Positions 1 to 6,619 of a stretch of DNA of 6,619 nucleotides are shown piece by piece. The stretch covers positions 60,297 through 66,915 of the forward strand of contig NW_003314278.1 of the NCBI RefSeq assembly GCF_000143415.4. The letters run 5' to 3'. The stretch comes from Selaginella moellendorffii (taxonomy: Eukaryota; Plantae; Lycopodiophyta). The notes below the pieces were generated by a model that made no database searches, was not told the DNA's origin, and saw only the letters and a list, made by a program, of their open reading frames with translations. Position 1 is the stretch's first letter, and each line of letters opens with the position of its first letter. The position numbers and the translations under genes are program-made.

Positions 1-185
1 ATTATTGGGTAGGTTCATCTCTAAGAATATTTGCTAAGGCATGATAGAAAGTGCAAAGCTATCCTCCTGGTCTAGAGGAGAATGACCAAAGGAAAGGTGT
101 GAAGCCAAAAGCAAGAAGTAAGGGGATAGAACTGAACCATAGGAATCGAAGGGCATAACCAAAGTTGGTTATGCCAGCTGGGAGT

Positions 186-750
186 GGAGAATCAAGTGGG
201 GGCTCGAGGGTGTTGCCGCTAGCAACCGTGATGCCATGGAGAGTCTAAAATATGGAATTGCCCATGTTAGACTATATGGCAAATTGGAAAGCTTGCAAAA
301 AGGGAGGCCTTAGCAAGCTAAGGGACAGAGTTCCTTCAAGGTTCCCAAAGATGATTCTAGGTAGCTTAGTACCTAGAAAGGCCAAGCATAAATGGTTCAA
401 GGAACGCACGAAATTAGAGTGGCGCAGCAGAAGCGTGGTCTTGAAGCTTGCCATGAGGCAAGGCTATCAAGGTTAGGAAAGTAGTTCCCAAGTGTTCAAA
501 GAGAGGGCTTTGAACGAAAGTCGATGATCAAGGGCTTTCACGCTTGTGCAAGAACCATGTTACAGTGGTCGGAGGACTTGCCAAGCGAGATTGGCAAGTC
601 AAGGGAACAAATACCCTAGTTGAAGGTGATAACTTCAAAAAGGGTGGGCCATGGGGCCAAGCATGGAGGAGTCCATGTATGATCACAGACTTGTCAAGTG
701 AGAGGACTTGGCAGTGTGGAGGAACTAGATTCCTAAGCTGTGATCTATAG
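186..750 (+). pseudogene. gag: Decayed retrotransposon gag relic
   Basis: The frame from 186 reads GESSGG...PWRV*NMELPMLD...W...ILGSL..RKA..KWF.....LEW.....LKLAMRQGYQG. By eye this parallels chromovirus Gag motifs (K-x-E/D-[LM]-P-x-F-D-G...W; LASLHLEGKALxWF; W..[FL]KxA[LM]..R[FY]). It has an in-frame stop at 246 and a frame change before ORF 544-750. Confidence 0.5.
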
Positions 751-837
751 CGCGCTTTAAATATAAGTTGGTGCACCGGCGTGATGAGTCACGCCAGGCA
801 TCTTGGGTGATGCCGTCCGTTGATGCATATACGGAGG

Positions 838-880
838 TTGGGTTCGAGTCCCGACCTTATAGTGCTTGGGTTCGAGTCCC
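838..880 (+). repeat. Direct repeat TTGGGTTCGAGTCCC x2 (tRNA T-arm / Pol III B-box-like)
   Basis: Identical 15-mers at 838-852 and 866-880. Each contains GGTTCGAGTCC and folds as a stem closing a 7-nt TTCGAGT loop. Confidence 0.8.
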
Positions 881-958
881 AAATCACTAGGGCGTGGTGA
901 TGGTTTGGAATATGAGGACACTCATATTTCGGTGGTCATGGACTCTCAATGAGGATAT

Positions 959-1178
959 TGGCTTGGGCACACTGCCAAGCGGGGGATGCCCCGGAGTCGT
1001 GATGCATGGTTAGATTGCTTAGTGTGGCTCAGCATATCTAACTTGAACACTTTGGTGCCAGTGGCACCAAGGACGTGGTGAATGAGATGGGGACACCCAG
1101 TCTCAGTTGCTATGGACCCTTGGCCAGAAGGGCTGGCTTGGGCGCACCGCCAAGTGTGGGGGATGCCCTCGGGGTTGT
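959..1178 (+). repeat. Dispersed ~43-bp direct repeat (959-1000 and 1134-1178)
   Basis: TGGCTTGGGCACACTGCCAAGCGGGGGATGCCCCGGAGTCGT versus TGGCTTGGGCGCACCGCCAAGTGTGGGGGATGCCCTCGGGGTTGT. Confidence 0.8.
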
Positions 1179-1992
1179 AGTTAACAAGTTAAAGGTCTGG
1201 AAGACCTAGTACCTATTGACAAACCTGTTAAGGTGCCGAGGTGAGATTACTAAGTGATCTTGTGGCTAAATAAGGACAAGGTCCTTGTTTGGGTTAAGGA
1301 ATAAAGTTCCTAGTTCAAAGTGTTGATTTGAACTATTGATGATGGTGTGGCTTGGTCAAGGTGACCAAGTGGGAAAAACACCTTAGGGAAATGAGTTATG
1401 GCATTGCGATGGCATAGTGTGTCCAAGGAAAGTAGTCTCTAAAGAGACCCATGGGAGGGTCACAAAGTTGGGCCGTGGATAGAGCCCACAGCAGAAGATG
1501 CTAAAAGAGACTTATTAGAGGTGAACACCCTAGTCTTGGCAAAGCAAAGCCTTTGCTATGGAATCAAAAGAGTACCTCAAGGAGGGAGGTAGAGATTCGA
1601 TGTTGCTTGGTGCAACAATCAACGGATAGGAGCAAAAGATGAGTGGCCAAGATAGGGCCGTGGAATCCCTTGGAAGGAATCCAAGTGACAAAGTTAGGCG
1701 AGGAACACTAATGTGTTGGTCGCTAACAAATTGCGGGAAAGGAAGTGTGTTTCCAAGGATGGATTCCGAATTGCTCTGATTTGGCGAAAGTGGAAGCTCC
1801 AAAGGAGGGAGCGGTAAGGTAGCCAAATGATAGGGCCATGGACAGCTCTAGCACAAAGTATGATAAATGGAACTTAGTGCCTAAGGTGGCACGAAATAGA
1901 AGAGAGGATGATGGTGCCCTCAAGTAATGAACTTCCTAGGATGGGGAAGTGGAGTTGCACAATCTGTGCAATGCAAGGTGTTGGAGACACCT

Positions 1993-2407
1993 AGGAAATT
2001 GACTTCCAAAAGTCAAAAGAGTAAAAGTTCCAAGGTGCAAACGTTCAATAGATGAAATTGAGACTACTCGAGAAGGAATAGTGGGATTGACTTAAAGAAG
2101 GGTCTCTAAGAGGTTTAGCGAGAACTAAAGCAATAAAAGGAGAGAACCATTACATGTGGTCCAATCAGTCTCTAAGTTGGAGAGACTACCCTCCTTAGAG
2201 GATAGGCAAGGCATGGTGAGCCTTTGGTGTCAAACCATTAAGGAATATGCAAAAGGCATGGTGAGCCTTCAATGTCCAACCATTGACGAATATGGAGAAG
2301 GCATGGTGAGCCTTCAATGTCAAACCATTGACAAATATTGGCTAGGCGCCAAGGATGGAAATGGTAACACATGCGGGGGTTACTTTATAAAATGGTTCAC
2401 CGTTTGA
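1993..2407 (+). pseudogene. Highly decayed integrase C-terminus / truncated chromodomain relic
   Basis: Across frameshifts the sequence gives RKLTSK (1993), KLRLLE (2055), LPSLEDRQGMV, ILARR (2335-2349), GN and YFIKW (2381-2395). The order and spacing resemble chromovirus KLxP..GPF...YKLxLP...LP..D..G...ILxRR...GN...VLVKW, and the relic lies immediately before the PPT. Confidence 0.4.
2208..2340 (+). repeat. Tandem repeat, 45-bp unit x3
   Basis: AAGGCATGGTGAGCCTT starts at 2208, 2253 and 2298. Consensus is about AAGGCATGGTGAGCCTTCAATGTCAAACCATTGACGAATATGGAG. Confidence 0.95.
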
Positions 2408-2430
2408 TGAGGACATCGAACTTCGTCTAT

Positions 2431-2442
2431 GGGTGGTGGAGT
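2431..2442 (+). other. Polypurine tract (PPT) of element A
   Basis: GGGTGGTGGAGT lies directly before the LTR-initial TGTGAGAC and about 17 nt after a GAGGAC motif typical of chromovirus 3' ends. It is absent from the flank of LTR copy B. Confidence 0.7.
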
Positions 2443-2674
2443 TGTGAGACACAAAATCCCTAGGCCCCAAAGTGGAGCTGGAAGGGCGCCACGTGGTAGT
2501 GGCCGAAGTGAAAGCCAAACGAGCGTAACACGTTTGGACTAAAAGCTCTAACTTGAAAGGTCTAGAGCGGGAGTGGAACTCCCAACAAACTGCTCGAGGA
2601 ATGAGCATGAAGTGAGCCATAAGAGAGGCTCTAGAAAGGGACCCGAAAGGACCAACACATGACATGTGGAAGTG

Positions 2675-2977
2675 TCCGAGATGGAGTCCGAGGCGGACCC
2701 GAGATGGAGTCCGAGATGGACCCGAAATGGAGTCCAATATGGAGTTCGAGATGGACCCGAAGTGAAGTCCGATATGGAGTCCGAGATGGAGTCCGAGATG
2801 GAGTCCGATATGGAGTCCGAGATGGAGTCCGAGATGGAGTCCGAGATGGACCGAGATGGAGTCCGAGATGGACCCGAGATGGAGTCTGATATGGACCCAG
2901 ATGGAGTCCGAGATGAACCTAAGATGGATTCCGAGATGGACCTGATATGCACCCCGAGATGCAGTTCGAGATGGACC
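2675..2977 (+). repeat. 12/11-bp tandem array (CCGAGATGGAGT / CCGAGATGGAC) within LTR A, running into the assembly gap
   Basis: Units are directly visible in the sequence. Confidence 0.97.
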
Positions 2978-3314
2978 NNNNNNNNNNNNNNNNNNNNNNN
3001 NNNNNNNNNNNNNNNNNNNNNNNNNNNNNNNNNNNNNNNNNNNNNNNNNNNNNNNNNNNNNNNNNNNNNNNNNNNNNNNNNNNNNNNNNNNNNNNNNNNN
3101 NNNNNNNNNNNNNNNNNNNNNNNNNNNNNNNNNNNNNNNNNNNNNNNNNNNNNNNNNNNNNNNNNNNNNNNNNNNNNNNNNNNNNNNNNNNNNNNNNNNN
3201 NNNNNNNNNNNNNNNNNNNNNNNNNNNNNNNNNNNNNNNNNNNNNNNNNNNNNNNNNNNNNNNNNNNNNNNNNNNNNNNNNNNNNNNNNNNNNNNNNNNN
3301 NNNNNNNNNNNNNN
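2978..3314. other. Assembly gap (337 N)
   Basis: Run of N. By comparison with LTR B it should hold the rest of the tandem array and the G-rich tract. Confidence 0.99.
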
Positions 3315-4308
3315 AAAAAGAGGGAGGCCAAGGGGCCCAGACGCTGCAGGGGGTTCCAAAAGTATAGTAGGGAGAGTGTGGGGCTTGGAGCCTAGTGGAG
3401 CCAGTTTGGCCAGGAAAGGCTAGTTTGGCCTAGGTAGGCCAGACCTAGTGTTGGGTGATGAGCTGACCACTGGGAAGTCCAAGACTAGAGTGAACATAGA
3501 CCAACAAGCTAGGTAGCTTGGTGAAGTGTTCAAGAGTCGGCTCTAGTTCCCCCGGGAGATTGACTGGCTGATGCTCCCAGTCCAAGTGTGGGTGGCACTA
3601 CCTACTTGGATACCAGGCGTGGCTCAACGGAACCTCGCTCTAAGCCCATGGCTAGAGCACCCAAGGGCGGAAGGATGGGAGAGTACCCAGGTGGCTCGCG
3701 TAAGGCCACGGTGTTCCGAAATGTTGTCCCAAAGGCCCAGACTGTGGAAAGGAATAGGAGCAGTCCTCTGGGGCAGTGACCAAGGATGCAGTCGTGAGGT
3801 GAAGAAGTCCTAGAGGACTGTGGGACTTAGTGGTTGGGCCTGTGGGCCTCGATCCAGTGGCAGTGTTGGCAAACACGGCCAAGGGCAGAAAGGGACTTAG
3901 TGGGGACTGACAGAGGGATATTGGGGAAGGCTATTCCCCTTATCGGTGGGCATCCTAAGGATGCTAAGGAGTGGATCTGAGATGACCACTCACGGATGGT
4001 TTGCCTAGTCTTGGAAAGCCAAGACTGTGATGCAAGTGGTATTGGACTACCAGTGTGGCAAAGGTGATTGGGCATGGCCTTAGCGTAACAAGCTGCCATG
4101 TCGGTGGTACCTTTGAGTGTCGGTCATAGGATCGGACACGTGGAGCACTTGGACCAAGTGCAAATGTTGAGTGTCATGGATGCCATTCTCAGGGCTAGCA
4201 AGTCCCAAGTCCTAGATTGGACTTATGGAGGTTGTGAATGAGACTCCTCCAAGTGGTCGGAGGTATGGTTAAGTGACTAAAGTAGAATGGAAAATTTAGT
4301 CGCTTACG

Positions 4309-5237
4309 ACTGGCTCCACTGGGCTCCAACCCCCACTCTCTCCCTACTATACTTTTGGAACCCCCCGCAGCCCCCCCCCCCCTGGGGGACGATCGCTTTG
4401 GGCTTTCACCCAACTGCCTGTATTAGTATTCGGACTTGAACTCGGGCTCGAACTCGGACTCAGACTCGGTCTCGGTCCCGGTTTTGGACTCGGACTCGGT
4501 CTCAGTCTCGGCTTCGGCCTCGATCTCGGTCTCGGTCTCGGGTCCATCTCGGACTCCATCTTGGACTCCATCTCGGGTCCATCTTGGACTCCATCTCGGG
4601 TCCATCTCGGACTCCATCTCGGGTCCATCTCGGACTCCATCTCGAGTCCATCTCGGACTCATCTCGGACTCCATCTCGGGTCCATCTCGGACTCCATCTC
4701 GGACTCCATCTCGGGTCCATCTCGGACTCCATCTCGGGTCCATCCCGGACTCCATCTCGGACTCCACTTCGGGTCCATCTCGGACTCCATCTTGGGTCCA
4801 TCTTGGGTCCACCTCGGACTCCACTTCGAACTCCAACTCGGAGTCCACTTCGGACTCCAACTCGGACTCCACCTCGGACTCCAACTCGGACTCCACCTCG
4901 GACTCCAACTCGGACTCCACCTTGGACTCCATCTCGGGTCCTTCTCGAACTCCAGTTCGGACTCCAACTCGGGTCCATCTCGGGTCCATCTCGTTCCATC
5001 TCGGACACTTCCACGTGTCATGTGTTGGTCCTTTTGGGTCCCTTTTTGGAGCCTCTTTTATTGCTCGCTTCGTGCTCATTCTTCAAGCACTTCGTTAGGA
5101 GTTCCACTCCCGCTCTCGACCTTTCAAGTCGGAGCTTTTGGCCCAAACGTGTTACACTCGTTTGGCTTTTGCTTCGGCCACTACCACGTGGCACCCTTCT
5201 AGCTCCACTTTGGGGCCTAGGGATTTTGTGTCTCACA
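4309..5237 (-). mobile_element. LTR B: 5' ~930 bp of a same-family LTR in reverse orientation, interrupted at 4309
   Basis: The reverse complement starts TGTGAGACACAAAATCCC and matches 2443 onward with about 23 substitutions and no indels over ~240 bp (manual count). 4309-4371 matches 3343-3405. Homology stops abruptly at 4309, where LTR A ends. Confidence 0.9.
4430..5005 (-). repeat. Complete 12/11/6-bp tandem array within LTR B (~575 bp)
   Basis: On the + strand, (CTCGGACTCCAT)n and (CTCGGGTCCAT)n grade into CTCGGT-type hexamers at 4440-4540 and GACTCCAACTCG/GACTCCACCTCG variants at ~4810-4930. Confidence 0.97.
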
Positions 5238-6161
5238 AGTCCAAGATCGGGTTCGAGATCAAGTTCGAGATTGAGTCCGAGGTCGGGTCCAAGATCGAGT
5301 CCGAAATCGAGTCCAAAACTGAGTCTAAATACTAATACAGGTCAAGGGTAAAAGCCTAAAGCATGTGTCTCCCGGGGGGGGGGGGGTCGGGGGGGCTGCA
5401 GGGGGTTAGTAGGGATAGTGAAGTCTAGGAATCAGTCTTAAAGGAACTTTCTAGTGGTGCTTCCAAACTAATTTGAGGTTGAGACTAGGGTTGAGGGGCC
5501 ACCCAAGGAAGTGCTCAAGAACAACTCCCACTCCCAGAAGGGAAACCAACTTCAGTGCTCCCGGCTCATGTGGAGTGGTGCCCCACTTGAGTATCTTGCG
5601 GCTCATTGGTCCTTGCCCTTTTTAGGGGCTTGGGCCTTCCTTTCAAGATGGAAATGGGGGAGTAGAGGTACCCATATCGGGTCATTAGGCCATGGTGTTT
5701 TACCCTGGTGTCCCGAAACAAGTGTTGCACCCAAAACTTGGGATATAGAGGGTCTCATGATCAAGTCTTGTTGTACCAAAGGATGTTAGGAACCTAAAAT
5801 AAAATAATGAAGAAAATTTCCAGTTCAAATGAGACCATTTGAGATGTAGCCAATCAATGGTATCTAAATACTCTTTCACAATGGCTTGGTGTGCTTGATT
5901 GCTTATGCTTGCGGAGAGTGTAGCTAAACCTTAAATCTAGCCTAACCTGGGGAGGGGGATTGAGAGAGATTTGGGAATCCGTGGATGGATGGCTAATGCT
6001 TCGTTGCTTGTCCAGTGAGTAGTTATAACCAAGTAGGATCAAGTAAGAGCTCATACAATAGATGGGAACTTTGGCAAAAAAACTTAATTAAAGCTAAAGC
6101 CGTGGTGGTTAGATAGATGAGGTAAGCTAGCAAATTGGAAAGGAAAAATTTGTAACTTATA
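5238..6161 (+). mobile_element. LTR C: distal part of the 5' LTR of a more diverged family member
   Basis: Starts in degenerate array units (5238-5330), followed by AATACTAATACAGG...AAAGCC.AAAGC and a G-run with CTGCAGGGGGTT as in A and B. Colinear anchors with LTR A: GAAGTGYTCAAGA, TGCTCCC, GYGGCTCA, GTACCCA, AGGCCAYGGTGTT, GGGGAYTGA.AGAG. Ends CTTATA just before a PBS. Confidence 0.8.
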
Positions 6162-6164
6162 ATT

Positions 6165-6177
6165 TAGTATTGGAGCC
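6165..6177 (+). other. Degenerate primer-binding site (initiator tRNA-Met)
   Basis: TAGTATTGGAGCC versus canonical TGGTATCAGAGCC: 10/13, all three differences transitions. It lies 3 nt after the inferred LTR end. Confidence 0.7.
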
Positions 6178-6220
6178 TTTTCCTCAGCTCTAGCAAAGGA
6201 TAGATGCAGATTGTTGGGAG

Positions 6221-6487
6221 ATGGCAAAGGTAAGATGTAAAAGAATCAAGGCGGAGATGGAACCTCTTCTAAAGCTAGAGCCTCTGGTCAAACAAGAGGC
6301 TATGGATGAAGAATCCTTGTATAAGGAAGACTCTAGTGCGGAAACTTCCAAACAGGAGTTCGGTGGTGAGGTTCGGTCGTCCAAGGCTCGATTGGACATC
6401 CAAAAAGGACAATTGGCACAAACCAATGCTTTATTGGAAACTCTTGTATGCAAGCTAAAGCGTGATGAGAAGCAAAAGAAAAAGTGA
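6221..6487 (+). pseudogene. Probable truncated gag N-terminus of element C (88-aa ORF)
   Basis: ATG lies 44 nt downstream of the PBS on the same strand. The peptide is charged and coiled-coil-like (RLDIQKGQLAQTNALLETLVCKL), as is usual before the Gag core. Evidence is positional only, with no diagnostic motif. Confidence 0.4.
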
Positions 6488-6570
6488 AAGACTGTAGATA
6501 CTGGCAACGCAAAAGGTGTGGACCCTTGTCAATGATGTGAGCTGCCGTCTCTGGGGGGCCCCCGGATGTC

Positions 6571-6573
<3 letters not shown>

Positions 6574-6611
<38 letters not shown>
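6574..6611. repeat. Poly(T) tract (~38 nt)
   Basis: Homopolymer visible at the window end. Confidence 0.95.
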
Positions 6612-6619
6612 CTCTTTTT

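Larger units (their letters stand above)
1..4308 (+). mobile_element. Element A: non-autonomous/degenerate Ty3/gypsy (chromovirus-like) LTR retrotransposon; internal region plus 3' LTR, with the 5' LTR upstream of the window
   Basis: Order on the + strand: gag-like relic (186-750), integrase C-terminal/chromodomain-like relic (~1993-2407), GAGGAC motif (2409-2414), purine tract (2431-2442), then TG-starting LTR at 2443. The LTR start and end are defined by homology breakpoints with copies B and C. Confidence 0.8.
2443..4308 (+). repeat. 3' LTR of element A (~1.85 kb including gap)
   Basis: Starts TGTGAGAC, where homology to copy B (reverse complement of 5237 leftwards) begins. Ends ...GTCGCTTACG; 4268-4308 aligns ungapped at 27/41 nt with the PBS-adjacent end of LTR C (6121-6161). 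The terminal CA appears as CG. Confidence 0.8.

Noticed and set aside
778-815. Hammerhead ribozyme (retrozyme) core at GTGATGAG, also at ~3455
   Set aside because: It lacks the CTGANGA core and a properly placed GAAA. The LTRs are also much longer than in known retrozymes.
773-865. Bona fide tRNA gene (including tRNA-Sec)
   Set aside because: It has no 7-nt anticodon loop, no D-loop GG and only a 4-bp closing stem. It is reported as tRNA-like only.
2200-2213. GGATAGGCAAGGCA resembles part of a 454 adapter
   Set aside because: The match is short, overlaps the first 45-bp repeat unit and is embedded in continuous element sequence, so it is likely coincidental.
2208-2340. CRISPR-like appearance (palindromic AAGGCATGGTGAGCCTT repeated at regular spacing)
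   Set aside because: The intervening sequences are near-identical rather than unique spacers, there are no cas genes, and the context is a eukaryotic retroelement.
2443-5237. Foldback/TIR DNA transposon bounded by ~950-bp inverted repeats
   Set aside because: The left arm is preceded by a PPT and continues as an LTR homologous to C. The flanks show no TSD. Nested insertion explains both junctions.
2342-5351. Long ORFs on both strands (MESEMESE..., SISDSISD..., HLGLHLGL..., up to 329 aa)
   Set aside because: They arise from stop-free 12-bp tandem units and from translation through Ns, and they are open in multiple frames at once.
5855-5890. Alternative LTR end/PBS (CA-A-TGGTATC at 5855-5864; TTTCACA-A-TGG at 5874-5884)
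   Set aside because: Homology between C and LTR A continues past this point to 6161, where a better PBS match (10/13) and a downstream ATG are found.

Overview
Eukaryotic, most likely plant, repetitive DNA with no intact gene. The window reads as three related Ty3/gypsy (chromovirus-like) LTR retroelements nested inside one another. Element A (+, 1-4308) has a decayed internal region (gag and integrase/chromodomain relics, no recognisable RT or RNase H), a PPT and a 3' LTR of about 1.85 kb (2443-4308, including a 337-N gap). A abuts the interrupted 5' portion of a closely related LTR B (-, 4309-5237, about 90% identical to A over the first ~240 bp). B in turn sits inside the 12-bp tandem array of a more diverged LTR C (+, 5238-6161). 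C is followed by a degenerate tRNA-iMet PBS and a probable gag start. All three LTRs carry a GAGATGGAGTCC-type tandem array followed by a G-rich tract. The most unusual signal is that A's former coding region and the distal half of its LTR are tiled with short hairpins, including a cloverleaf-like module with a duplicated tRNA T-arm/B-box. Protein-motif assignments were made by eye from remembered consensus sequences and need HMM confirmation.
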